Below are positions 9,529 through 18,026 of a stretch of DNA of 42,798 nucleotides, one piece after another. How positions within the stretch are numbered: the stretch's first letter is position 1; each line of letters begins with the position of its first letter. The stretch lies in the IMG/VR virus record IMGVR_UViG_3300033143_001582, positions 1 through 42,798 of that record. One strand, given 5' to 3'. The position numbers and the translations under genes were made by a program. Below the pieces are notes generated by a model. It had not been told where the DNA came from, ran no database searches, and saw only the letters and a program-made list of their open reading frames with translations. This stretch comes from a virus (Duplodnaviria; Caudoviricetes).

Positions 9529-9590
9529 GCGGCCTAGCTGGGGACTCTAAATCCTTGCATACGTGGGTTCGACTCCCACTCCGAGCGCCA
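9515..9590 (+). tRNA. amber suppressor tRNA, anticodon CUA
   Basis: 76 nt cloverleaf: acceptor GTTCGGG/TCCGAGC, D stem GCT/AGC, anticodon stem GGGGA/TCCTT with loop CT-CTA-AA (anticodon 9547-9549), T arm GTGGG-TTCGACT-CCCAC, discriminator G, encoded CCA. Confidence 0.9.
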
Positions 9591-9594
9591 TATT

Positions 9595-9933
9595 ATGAGA
9601 CTATTAAAAAAGCCAAGTACTACAGTTGAAACAACCCAGATATCAACTTATCATGGTTCGGCGCATACTGTGAGAACCCGCCTATCTGATTCAACTGTTG
9701 AAATTGTTTGTCCTGACAAGCCAGTTAGCTGCGGTGAAAATGTTTGGGATATTTTAAAGCATGGCACAATAATAGAACTTGAGGTAGGGAAGAGAATTGA
9801 TAAAATTGAATTCCCAGATGATAATTTAATCCTATATGGTGTTAGGCCAACTAGTATGCAGCGAACAGGAATATGGGAAGGTAGAGTTTTTGAATGTACA
9901 ATAGACTATTTTGAGGTATTTGAAAAATGTTAG
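9595..9933 (+). CDS. hypothetical protein
   Basis: 112 aa ORF immediately after the tRNA. Confidence 0.6.
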   Translation: MRLLKKPSTTVETTQISTYHGSAHTVRTRLSDSTVEIVCPDKPVSCGENVWDILKHGTIIELEVGKRIDKIEFPDDNLILYGVRPTSMQRTGIWEGRVFECTIDYFEVFEKC

Positions 9934-10622
9934 ACAGATTACAAGTTAAAGCAGACTTTGAAAGAAGTGTTAAAGACCACAAGATGGAAATCTTACGGGA
10001 CGATGGCTTATACAGGCACTTAAGATTTACAGACGGCGGTTCACAAGTGTACAGATTTGATATTCATACGTGGCCAGGCTTTTTGTGTATATGTCAAGAC
10101 ATGGGAACGTATGTGTTTAGTCGTACACCCGACATGTTTGAATTCTTCAAGATGGGAGAAGACGACTTTAATAGCAAGTACGTAATCAATCCAGGTTACT
10201 GGGCTGAAAAGTTGCAGGCAGTAGATAGAAGCAGTGGCAACTACGAAGAATTCTCAATGGATATGTTCAGGGATAATGTTAAGCACGAATATGATATGTT
10301 TGCAGAACAATATCAGGACGAAGATGAAGAAGCAGTAACAGAAGCATATCCGGAAGGTACACAATCGTACAAGCAAATGCTTGAGGACCTGTGGCAGGCA
10401 CTAGAAGATGAAGTGCTAAATTGCGACAGTAACGGAGTAAGAGCATATGATGCGGCTATGGATTTTCGTTGGGCATCTGATAACGGCGAGCTTGAGTTTG
10501 ATATGTGTGACTTCTGGGACTATAGCAATAACGATTATACATTCCATTATATTTGGATACTGTATGCAATTGTATGGGGTATTGGGCAGTACGAAGAAAG
10601 TAAGGAGTTAGTAGCAGCATGA
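9927..10622 (+). CDS. acidic phage hypothetical protein
   Basis: GAGGT RBS; DGLYRHLRF, TWPG.L.I..DMG and INPGYWAEKL motifs. Confidence 0.75.
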   Translation: MLDRLQVKADFERSVKDHKMEILRDDGLYRHLRFTDGGSQVYRFDIHTWPGFLCICQDMGTYVFSRTPDMFEFFKMGEDDFNSKYVINPGYWAEKLQAVDRSSGNYEEFSMDMFRDNVKHEYDMFAEQYQDEDEEAVTEAYPEGTQSYKQMLEDLWQALEDEVLNCDSNGVRAYDAAMDFRWASDNGELEFDMCDFWDYSNNDYTFHYIWILYAIVWGIGQYEESKELVAA

Positions 10623-11422
10623 ATATAGTAGTAATTGGATATGGGTTTGTTGGAAAGGCAATGGCTTCTGTGCTGAAAGATAATCACAAGGTATCTATAG
10701 TAGACCCGCGTCACGGTACATTGTACGAGGGTGTTGGCGATATTAAAAAGATGGTAGATCCTGAATTCAATATTGATGGCTTTATTATTTGCGTACCGAC
10801 CCCGCAAGCAGACAACGGTCGCTGCGACGATAGCTTAGTAGCCGACTACGTATACGAAATTGTTAAGCACCATCCACATTCACATATTTTAATTAAGTCT
10901 ACAACATCAGTATCAACACTACGAGATTTTCACGACTTTCACCGCGTAACATTTTCGCCTGAGTTCCTAAGAGGTAGCATAAGTGCAGACCCAACTAAAG
11001 AGTTCAGAGAGTGTGACTTTTCTATTTACGGCGGCGGCGGTGGACGTTGGTGGCACGAAATATTCTCGCAGTTATTACCTATAAAGGAAGTACGTTTTTT
11101 AGATTTAGAATCTGCAGGCTTCTTGAAGTACGCAGAAAACTCATTCCTTGCAACTAAGGTAATGTTTTTTAACGAGCTTCGCCACCTGTACGATAGGACG
11201 ATAGATGTGAACTACGACGGGATGGTTGAAGCTCTAGCATTAGATAAGCGTATTGGATTGTCCCATACGCAAGTACCTGGACCAGATGGAGAGTTTGGAT
11301 TCGGAGGTCACTGTTTGCCAAAAGATACAAGTGAGTTTACAGAGTTTGCACAAGAAAGTGAGTCACCGTTACACATATTAGAGTTGGTGCGCGAACTTAA
11401 CAAGAAGTACCGAGACGAGTAA
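10619..11422 (+). CDS. ugd: UDP-glucose/GDP-mannose 6-dehydrogenase (short phage form)
   Basis: GYGFVG Rossmann motif, ICVPTP, IKST, SPEFLR, KYAENSFLATKV, GFGGHCLPKD. Confidence 0.92.
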   Translation: MNIVVIGYGFVGKAMASVLKDNHKVSIVDPRHGTLYEGVGDIKKMVDPEFNIDGFIICVPTPQADNGRCDDSLVADYVYEIVKHHPHSHILIKSTTSVSTLRDFHDFHRVTFSPEFLRGSISADPTKEFRECDFSIYGGGGGRWWHEIFSQLLPIKEVRFLDLESAGFLKYAENSFLATKVMFFNELRHLYDRTIDVNYDGMVEALALDKRIGLSHTQVPGPDGEFGFGGHCLPKDTSEFTEFAQESESPLHILELVRELNKKYRDE

Positions 11423-11833
11423 TTGTTTAAATTTTCTGACATACTAAGAAACAAATGGTTGCAGAGTAGTTATGCTGGGCATCATGAAGGTCAGAGGCTA
11501 GTAGAACAGGCATGGAATGAAATCAATATTGATTCGCAGGCTGATTCAATTAGTGAAATATTTCACGGAATGAAACATATAATCGAAGTGGATCATCATA
11601 AGATTTATGCCGAACATCATCAATCACATGGATGGCTTGTGCCAGAAGACTTTCGGTCAGAATATTTTTATCCTAATAGAGAATTAGGTGATCACGCGAT
11701 TGTTACTCTAATTAGGGGCGACTATTCATCTGACGAATACATTTTTACCCGAAACGAATTCGGTGGCGATGCTGTTTACGTTGCCACAAACAATGCGGAC
11801 GATGCATTAATGATTGCATTAAAATACAAATAG
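11423..11833 (+). CDS. hypothetical protein
   Basis: 136 aa; TTG start directly after the ugd stop; TAG stop. Confidence 0.65.
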   Translation: MFKFSDILRNKWLQSSYAGHHEGQRLVEQAWNEINIDSQADSISEIFHGMKHIIEVDHHKIYAEHHQSHGWLVPEDFRSEYFYPNRELGDHAIVTLIRGDYSSDEYIFTRNEFGGDAVYVATNNADDALMIALKYK

Positions 11834-11840
11834 TGTTATA

Positions 11841-12101
11841 ATGTCAAGATCGAAAATGAAAAAACGAAGACAATTTGATAAGCGTATTAGACTTGAGCGT
11901 AGAGCAAAGCAAATTCGCGAAATGGTACGTCTGAGAAAAGTACTCGACGGCTTAGGAGATAATTTAACTCTCACTGAGATACACCGCAAAACGGGACTGT
12001 CACAGAAAAACATACGTAAGATTATGAAAAATAACCCTGCGGAGATTACATTTAAGATGTTAACTCGCACAATACCAAACAATACTAAAATAACAGGATA
12101 A
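11841..12101 (+). CDS. basic protein with possible HTH
   Basis: LTLTEIHRKTGLSQKNIRKI resembles a helix-turn-helix. Confidence 0.55.
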   Translation: MSRSKMKKRRQFDKRIRLERRAKQIREMVRLRKVLDGLGDNLTLTEIHRKTGLSQKNIRKIMKNNPAEITFKMLTRTIPNNTKITG

Positions 12102-12105
12102 AATT

Positions 12106-12699
12106 ATGAAGTGGACAATAGATAAATCATTCGATTGGTGTTACGGACACCGCGTATGGTCACAAGAATTAAACGCAGACTTTACAGGCAGCGAAGGAAC
12201 ATGTTTAGCATGTAGACATTTACACGGGCACCAAGGTAAACTGAAAGTTATGCTTGAAGGTGATGAGCTAGAACGTGGTATGGTAACAGACTTTAAGCAT
12301 CTGGGCTGGATGAAGAACTTTATTGATGATGTACTTGATCACAAGTTTATAATGGACATTAACGATCCGTTATTGCCGCATGAAGTACCGGAGTTAATGG
12401 GATTCGAAGGAACGTCGGGCACAGGTAAACTGTTTGCGGAATGCTTAGATCTTAGCAAATGTATACACCACGTAGAAGGTTACTGGACTCCAAACTTAAC
12501 GCATATTAAAATGAACCAGCCACAAGCTGTATACGAAAAGTACGAAGGTATGGTGTTTGTTGATTTTGTACCAACCTCTGAGAACTTGAGTGCGTGGTTG
12601 CTTAAAGTAGCACAAAAGAAAATGGCACAATTAGATGTTAAGGTAGTAGCAGTAGAGTTTTGGGAAACACCTAAGTCACACTGCAAGGTAGAAGTATAA
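12106..12699 (+). CDS. queD: 6-carboxy-5,6,7,8-tetrahydropterin synthase
   Basis: YGHRV, CRHLHGH, GMVTDF, LDHKF, PTSENL, WETPKS. Confidence 0.92.
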   Translation: MKWTIDKSFDWCYGHRVWSQELNADFTGSEGTCLACRHLHGHQGKLKVMLEGDELERGMVTDFKHLGWMKNFIDDVLDHKFIMDINDPLLPHEVPELMGFEGTSGTGKLFAECLDLSKCIHHVEGYWTPNLTHIKMNQPQAVYEKYEGMVFVDFVPTSENLSAWLLKVAQKKMAQLDVKVVAVEFWETPKSHCKVEV

Positions 12700-12707
12700 C
12701 CATTTCA

Positions 12708-12714
12708 ATAAATA
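12708..12714 (+). promoter_or_regulatory. T4-like late promoter ATAAATA
   Basis: Intergenic ATAAATA; the same heptamer precedes lysis and putative virion genes (T4 gp55 consensus is TATAAATA). Confidence 0.55.
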
Positions 12715-12738
12715 CGTATATTATACGGAGTTATTGGA

Positions 12739-13086
12739 ATGCCAAAAATTAAAGATTTACAGGGAATGTCAGTTAAGAAGCTGGCGATGATTATCGGTAT
12801 CATTACAGGAACCATAACAATTCTTGTATTTGCAAGCGATATTTACAAAGGGGTGGGCGAACTTATTGTAACAGATTCAGAGCTTACTGTTCATGAAGAA
12901 CGCATTATTGCAAAGATAGAATCGGAAGCTGTTCTAACCCGAAACGTGTTTATACGTGATCTAGAAGAGCGTAAAACTAAGCTAACAGAAAGGTTAGACG
13001 AAGCTGAAAACCCAGGACAGATTGCTCAGATACTTGAAGAAATCAAAGTAATCAATGAACGCATTTCAGAATTAAAAGGTGAATAA
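12739..13086 (+). CDS. single-pass membrane protein with coiled coil
   Basis: LAMIIGIITGTITILVFA transmembrane segment; GGAG RBS. Confidence 0.7.
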   Translation: MPKIKDLQGMSVKKLAMIIGIITGTITILVFASDIYKGVGELIVTDSELTVHEERIIAKIESEAVLTRNVFIRDLEERKTKLTERLDEAENPGQIAQILEEIKVINERISELKGE

Positions 13087-13357
13087 CATGAGACAAATTA
13101 TAATTGCAGTACTCTTAATGTTTACGTCATCTGTCTTTGCTATGAATCAAATTGAGCAACAGATAAAAGCATCGCCCGAAACATCAAAGCGATGTGTCAA
13201 AAAGATTGCATACTACGAATCAAAAGTTACCAAGTACAAAGCAATACCAAGAAATAAACGCAGACCAGCAGATAAAATTAAATTAGCACATTACATAGTC
13301 GAATTAGAAAATTGGGTAGGTTATTGCACACCCGACGAAAACGGCGATTCACAATAA
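13079..13357 (+). CDS. small secreted protein with two Cys
   Basis: Signal peptide MRQIIIAVLLMFTSSVFA. Confidence 0.65.
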   Translation: MNNMRQIIIAVLLMFTSSVFAMNQIEQQIKASPETSKRCVKKIAYYESKVTKYKAIPRNKRRPADKIKLAHYIVELENWVGYCTPDENGDSQ

Positions 13358-13371
13358 CCCAAAGGTATACA

Positions 13372-13545
13372 GTGTCAACAAAAAACATATTCAATCCAAT
13401 GGCTTCTAATAAGATTATAGTAGAAGAAACATTCATTACAATCCGCGGAGTAAAGGTTCGCAGGCTGGAAGATCTTCGAAGAGAGGATTGCCGCCGGGCG
13501 CCGGATGATCGCCGCAAACAAAAAGATATATTCAAGCAGGTATAA
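13372..13545 (+). CDS. small Arg-pair-rich protein
   Basis: GTG 13372 after AAGGT; fills the gap between neighbours. Confidence 0.5.
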   Translation: MSTKNIFNPMASNKIIVEETFITIRGVKVRRLEDLRREDCRRAPDDRRKQKDIFKQV

Positions 13546-13546
13546 C

Positions 13547-13798
13547 ATGTCATTACAAAAATTTATGGATAGCATGGAAGACGATTGTGCGCCATCTGGG
13601 CACACATATTTTAACTGGTCTGCTAAAGGCTGTGGGTTCGGCCAACTTGGGTTTTATACTAAGGAAGATGACGACAAAGTTTATTGCATGAATGAAATGA
13701 TGAGCAAGGAGTTCGTCAAGAAAATGCTATGTCACATGGTAGACAACGCTATTATGGACGATCCAAATCCTAAGGACAAAGATGATTCAAAGGTTTGA
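13547..13798 (+). CDS. hypothetical protein
   Basis: ATG 13547 after AGGT; GCGFGQLGF motif. Confidence 0.65.
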   Translation: MSLQKFMDSMEDDCAPSGHTYFNWSAKGCGFGQLGFYTKEDDDKVYCMNEMMSKEFVKKMLCHMVDNAIMDDPNPKDKDDSKV

Positions 13799-14042
13799 AG
13801 TAGGCGAGGTTGCAATTCTACAAAGTATAGACGCACCGCTGACAATGTGGAATGCACGGGTAACAATACAATCGGTTAAGTGGATAGAATATCCACTGGA
13901 CATACACGGTATGCCACAACCTTCAACATACGTTTATACAGTTGACATAGATGATCGTCAATTTGTAGAGGCAGCACTTAGAAAGATCTCAACACCAAAC
14001 ATTAAAGTAGAAGAACAAATTGCAGATAAGGTATTATTATGA
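13782..14042 (+). CDS. hypothetical protein (SH3-like)
   Basis: RFEVGEVA...AALRKI pattern. Confidence 0.6.
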   Translation: MIQRFEVGEVAILQSIDAPLTMWNARVTIQSVKWIEYPLDIHGMPQPSTYVYTVDIDDRQFVEAALRKISTPNIKVEEQIADKVLL

Positions 14043-14431
14043 GTGATGTAAAACAAGTTATTGTCCTACGCAAAGATCTAAATATGCGTAAGGGTAAGAT
14101 GGTCGCGCAAGGCGCACATGCATCCATGGCTGTACTATTAGATGCAGGTAATGTCCATCCAGACGCGATGCAACAATATACTATATTCCTAACTCCAGCG
14201 ATGCAGCAATGGTTAGAAGGTCGCTTTACTAAAATATGCGTTAGTGTAGACAGCGAAGAACAATTACTGTTTATCCACAGCGCAGCAGAAAACGCAGGTA
14301 TCCCATGCAGCTTAATAAAGGACGCAGGACTCACTGAGTTTGATGGTGTGCCAACTTATACCGCAGTTGCGGTAGGACCTGGATACGCAGAAGATATTGA
14401 TAAAATAACAGGCTTACTAAAGCTACTATGA
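14039..14431 (+). CDS. pth2: peptidyl-tRNA hydrolase Pth2
   Basis: KQVIVLRKDLNMRKGKMVAQGAHAS, KICV, DAGLTEF, TAVAVGP, ITGLLKLL. Confidence 0.95.
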   Translation: MSDVKQVIVLRKDLNMRKGKMVAQGAHASMAVLLDAGNVHPDAMQQYTIFLTPAMQQWLEGRFTKICVSVDSEEQLLFIHSAAENAGIPCSLIKDAGLTEFDGVPTYTAVAVGPGYAEDIDKITGLLKLL

Positions 14432-14697
14432 GCACCCTTGAAGACTTGTTGCGTACAACATACGTAGACCAAAATACACTTTCCAAGAAAGCCATAGAGG
14501 TCACTCCAGATTTTAGAGTTGCAGTACAACGCATCACGCCCAGCGGTGTACATTTTATTATTCATGCTGCCAGCTACGACAGTGATACGTTAGATTTTGT
14601 TGCAGTAGATGATGGATTATACAAATTAGGCGAAGATATCTTCTGGGACCACGAGAATAACTGTTTTGTCCTGACAGAAGACCGTCCGTTCTTGTAA
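14428..14697 (+). CDS. hypothetical protein
   Basis: ATGA-coupled to pth2. Confidence 0.6.
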   Translation: MSTLEDLLRTTYVDQNTLSKKAIEVTPDFRVAVQRITPSGVHFIIHAASYDSDTLDFVAVDDGLYKLGEDIFWDHENNCFVLTEDRPFL

Positions 14698-14770
14698 GTC
14701 ATTGATTCTACGTGCCAAAACTGCTTACTTTTCAAAACGATAGCCCCTACGGGGTGGTAAGTCGTTGAAA
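14695..14770 (+). promoter_or_regulatory. two IHF-box-like sites
   Basis: TAAGTCATTGATT 14695-14707 (exact YAANNNNTTGATW) and TAAGTCGTTGAAA 14758-14770 (1 mismatch). Confidence 0.6.
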
Positions 14771-14791
14771 CTACAATAGAACATCTTGATA

Positions 14792-14821
14792 TTGACAAAC
14801 AATACAGCATTCTGTTATAAT
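14792..14821 (+). promoter_or_regulatory. sigma70-type promoter, leaderless
   Basis: TTGACA 14792-14797, 18 bp spacer, TGn-TATAAT 14816-14821; ATG at 14827. Confidence 0.8.
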
Positions 14822-14826
14822 ATAGT

Positions 14827-15345
14827 ATGAATAAACTATACTTAGATTATAATGACATAGAAAAATATTGTAGTGATATTGCCAGAAAAATCACATTCGA
14901 CATGATACGTGACTGGCGCCCAGATTACATTGTGGGCTTAACACGTGGTGGCCTTCTTCCAGCAACTTTACTCAGCCAGTATTTAAACATACACATGCAT
15001 TCGTTAGATGTTAGTTTGCGCGACAACAAATCCGATATGGGTCCTTCAAGTAACTTGTGGATGGCTGAAGATGCGTTAGCAGGTAAGAACATTCTAATCG
15101 TTGATGACATTAACGACACTGGAGCCACACTAGATTGGATTGTTGATGATTGGAAAGCAGGCAACATGCCAAAGAGTACAGAGTGGGATAACGTATTTGG
15201 AAATAACGTCCGGATTGCAACAATCATCAACAACGAAGTAAGCGAATTTAAAAACATATCCTACAGTGGACTAACAATAAACAAAATGGAAAATGATGTT
15301 TGGGTTGTCTTTCCGTGGGAAGATTGGTGGGCAGCAAAACCATGA
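14827..15345 (+). CDS. type I phosphoribosyltransferase (purine PRT-like)
   Basis: IVGLTRGGLLPA, ILIVDDINDTGATL PRPP loop, WVVFPWE. Confidence 0.9.
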   Translation: MNKLYLDYNDIEKYCSDIARKITFDMIRDWRPDYIVGLTRGGLLPATLLSQYLNIHMHSLDVSLRDNKSDMGPSSNLWMAEDALAGKNILIVDDINDTGATLDWIVDDWKAGNMPKSTEWDNVFGNNVRIATIINNEVSEFKNISYSGLTINKMENDVWVVFPWEDWWAAKP

Positions 15346-15527
15346 CATACCAGAAGGAAAAGTTAAAAGAACTAACCGAAATATTAATGGTTAAGGGCAG
15401 AAATAAACCTGGTTTCTGCAAAATTAAAGCTGAGATGATTAGCAAGCTAGGCCCAGTAACCTGGGAAAGATTATTTAGAAGAGCTCAAGTAAGAGCAGTG
15501 ATACGGAGCGAACATGGCGAAGATTAA
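15342..15527 (+). CDS. hypothetical protein
   Basis: ATGA-coupled ORF. Confidence 0.55.
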   Translation: MTYQKEKLKELTEILMVKGRNKPGFCKIKAEMISKLGPVTWERLFRRAQVRAVIRSEHGED

Positions 15528-16389
15528 AATAGCAGAGATATTTCATTCCTTGCAAGGCGAGGGATTATGGATTGGGGTGCCAAGTGTATTTGTACGCACG
15601 TTTGGTTGTAATTTTGAGTGCAGAGGGTTTGGACTTGAAGACGGTAAACTAAGCACAGAGCCAGAAGAGTTTGCAGAACAATTCAAATTAAATCCAGGAT
15701 GGGAATACACTTCATTACCACTTGCAAAGACAGGCTGTGATAGTTATGCAAGCTGGCACAAGGGCTTTAAAAAGTTAAGTCCAATGATGGATATCGAAGA
15801 TATCACCACGAACATGGAGGTTGTTAGAATAGCTGACAGCGGGATGCCTGACAACGATGGATCAACGCATCTTGTTATTACAGGTGGCGAGCCACTCCTA
15901 GGATGGCAACGTGCATATCCAGAATTTCTTGATGCTGTATACAACGACGGGTATAAACATATTACATTCGAAACAAACGGCACACAAAAAATCACAGATG
16001 ATTTTGCGGATTACTTATTGTTAGAACAAATTAAATCAATTAAAGTTGGAAGGTCAATAACATTCAGTGTAAGTCCTAAGATATCTAGCTCCGGTGAAGA
16101 AATGAAAGATGCCCTGCAGCCAGAGATAGTTGCAAGCTATCAAAGGTTTGGTAAAGTGTATTTAAAATTTGTAGTTTCTAACATTAAAGACATGCGAAGT
16201 GTAGTATACTTTGTTGATGCGTACAGAGATGCAGGATGGGATGGTGAGGTGTATTTAATGCCTTGCGGTGGTGATCCTGATTTGTATAACATGAACGCAC
16301 CAGAAGTTGCTAAGTTAGCGATGTTGCATGGCTTCCGTTACAGCCCACGTTTACAAGTTGATCTTTGGAAGAACGAATGGGGAACATGA
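15514..16389 (+). CDS. queE: 7-carboxy-7-deazaguanine synthase (radical SAM)
   Basis: EIFHSLQGEG, PSVFVRTFGCNFEC, ITGGEPL, FETNGT, SVSPK, LKFVV, YSPRLQ. Confidence 0.93.
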   Translation: MAKIKIAEIFHSLQGEGLWIGVPSVFVRTFGCNFECRGFGLEDGKLSTEPEEFAEQFKLNPGWEYTSLPLAKTGCDSYASWHKGFKKLSPMMDIEDITTNMEVVRIADSGMPDNDGSTHLVITGGEPLLGWQRAYPEFLDAVYNDGYKHITFETNGTQKITDDFADYLLLEQIKSIKVGRSITFSVSPKISSSGEEMKDALQPEIVASYQRFGKVYLKFVVSNIKDMRSVVYFVDAYRDAGWDGEVYLMPCGGDPDLYNMNAPEVAKLAMLHGFRYSPRLQVDLWKNEWGT

Positions 16390-16613
16390 GATTTGAAATG
16401 AGATTTGAAGACTCACCTATAGTAACTTGGAGAAGAAGGCCTGTTCTTTGGCCGACTAAATGTGTGATAACAGAAAAGACGATGCCAATGTTTACAAAAG
16501 CATATCTAAGGCGCCGGGATTATCTATGCCATGACGATATAGTTGAAGAGTTTGATTGGATCTCACCAGAAGGGTACACGCTGTTAACACTACAAGACAA
16601 ATTAAATGAATAA
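16386..16613 (+). CDS. tandem paralogue family B, copy 1
   Basis: W-x10-C...AY...WISPEGYTLLTL. Confidence 0.7.
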   Translation: MRFEMRFEDSPIVTWRRRPVLWPTKCVITEKTMPMFTKAYLRRRDYLCHDDIVEEFDWISPEGYTLLTLQDKLNE

Positions 16614-16851
16614 CGTAGAATACATTAAAGGTGAAGTGTGGATGCCTTCTTCATCGTGGCGAACCCAACGTTGTGTCTATTCTGATGGTATTATATGGCC
16701 GTGGCGAACTGCAATGAAAGGTATCACTACTCAGATAAACGGTTCGCGCAAACCAGAAGGCGGTGGCAGTCAAATGTGGATGGAAACTACCACCCGTTGG
16801 CTCACGCACGAACATTACACATTATTAAAGTTATCAGGTAAAGTAAGTTGA
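16606..16851 (+). CDS. tandem paralogue family B, copy 2
   Basis: W-x10-C...WLTHEHYTLLKLSG. Confidence 0.7.
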   Translation: MNNVEYIKGEVWMPSSSWRTQRCVYSDGIIWPWRTAMKGITTQINGSRKPEGGGSQMWMETTTRWLTHEHYTLLKLSGKVS

Positions 16852-17114
16852 TTAAAACAGACATACATGATGCTAGAGTTGTGCCAGATAATCTGACCCT
16901 GGACGCAATAAGAGAAATGAGAAAGTACAACTGGAAGCCATCATACTGTATTACCGGGCGCAGATGTTATTTGTCGGGTAATACGATTGGATGGTTTAGT
17001 AACGCATATAAAGGCACAAGGAGAATATCCGGACCGGGCACAGACGTTGTTATTATTAAGTGGGCAACGCCAGAAGCAGTCGTGTTTCAGAAGCTCAAAG
17101 GTATTATTAAATGA
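16848..17114 (+). CDS. tandem paralogue family B, copy 3
   Basis: W-x10-CYLSG...AYKG...WATPEAVVFQKLKG. Confidence 0.7.
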   Translation: MIKTDIHDARVVPDNLTLDAIREMRKYNWKPSYCITGRRCYLSGNTIGWFSNAYKGTRRISGPGTDVVIIKWATPEAVVFQKLKGIIK

Positions 17115-17488
17115 AATCGTCAACTGCAACCGAGCTGAGATTACAGATGGCTGTGGAGAACATGGACAAACGTATTGATCGCATGGAACGACTACTTAAC
17201 AACTCAATGCAAATGCTTGGAGATAAAGTGGCAAGAGAAGAACTTAAAGATAAATTCATCAGTGGTATAAAAATTAATCACTTTGAGTGGACATACGAAC
17301 GCATTTATAAACCACGCGAATGTTTTGTTAGCGGCAAACCTATTAGGTTCGGAGCAAAGGCATACAAGGGCATTAACGAACTAAGTCCTTTAATGCCGCC
17401 AGAAGAAATTACAGATGCAATCTATCCACAGGTAGTGTGGTTAAGCAAAGAAGAATTTACAGTACGTAGAATTAAGGGGCAGATATAA
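17111..17488 (+). CDS. tandem paralogue family B, copy 4 (N-terminal coiled coil)
   Basis: W-x10-CFVSGKPI...AYKG...WLSKEEFTVRRIKG. Confidence 0.7.
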   Translation: MKSSTATELRLQMAVENMDKRIDRMERLLNNSMQMLGDKVAREELKDKFISGIKINHFEWTYERIYKPRECFVSGKPIRFGAKAYKGINELSPLMPPEEITDAIYPQVVWLSKEEFTVRRIKGQI

Positions 17489-17745
17489 TGCCCGTAAGAT
17501 ACGAAGGAACTTTTGATATGAGTGATACAAGCGACACACAAGAACCAGCAAAGGTAACAACACAATGGCAACAACGTCGGGCATTCGTTTTTCATGAATG
17601 CATCGACACTGGAAGAACCATATGGCCTTTTACAAAAGCATACAATAAAGTATTCATGCACAGCAGACCATCACCACGCGATGGTGAAATTGATGTAGAA
17701 TGGATGACTGCCGCGGCGTACACGTTTAGGAAGTTAACAAAGTAA
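17488..17745 (+). CDS. tandem paralogue family B, copy 5
   Basis: W-x10-CIDTGRTIWPFTKAY...WMTAAAYTFRKL. Confidence 0.7.
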   Translation: MPVRYEGTFDMSDTSDTQEPAKVTTQWQQRRAFVFHECIDTGRTIWPFTKAYNKVFMHSRPSPRDGEIDVEWMTAAAYTFRKLTK

Positions 17746-18026
17746 TGTCGGGCAGTAAACTATCATCAGCTTTAGATGATTTAAAGGAGTTTAATAGAAA
17801 GGTTCGTGGAACTTGGACGTGGAGACCAAAAAGGTATTTGTTACCTCGTGTCTGTTATGCAACAGCTAAGTGGACTGGTTGGTTTCCATTGATGTATGTG
17901 GGTAAAAGACAACCTATGTTTTATGATACAGAATATGGCAGGGCAGAGTTACGCATTGTTTCAGCCGACTATTTAATAGTTGCTAGACTTAAAAATAATA
18001 GGGATTGGAAAAGGCTCAATCGATGA
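17745..18026 (+). CDS. tandem paralogue family B, copy 6 (divergent)
   Basis: W-x10-CYAT...MY...LIVARLK. Confidence 0.65.
   Translation: MSGSKLSSALDDLKEFNRKVRGTWTWRPKRYLLPRVCYATAKWTGWFPLMYVGKRQPMFYDTEYGRAELRIVSADYLIVARLKNNRDWKRLNR

Noticed and set aside
9515-9590. Pyrrolysine tRNA (pylT)
   Set aside because: It shares the CUCUAAA loop and G73, but has a canonical GG-containing D loop, a TTCGA T loop and two nucleotides between the acceptor and D stems. No pylS/B/C/D genes are in the window.
14743-14755. GCCCC-TAC-GGGGT hairpin as a terminator
   Set aside because: Short stem with no following U tract; role unclear.
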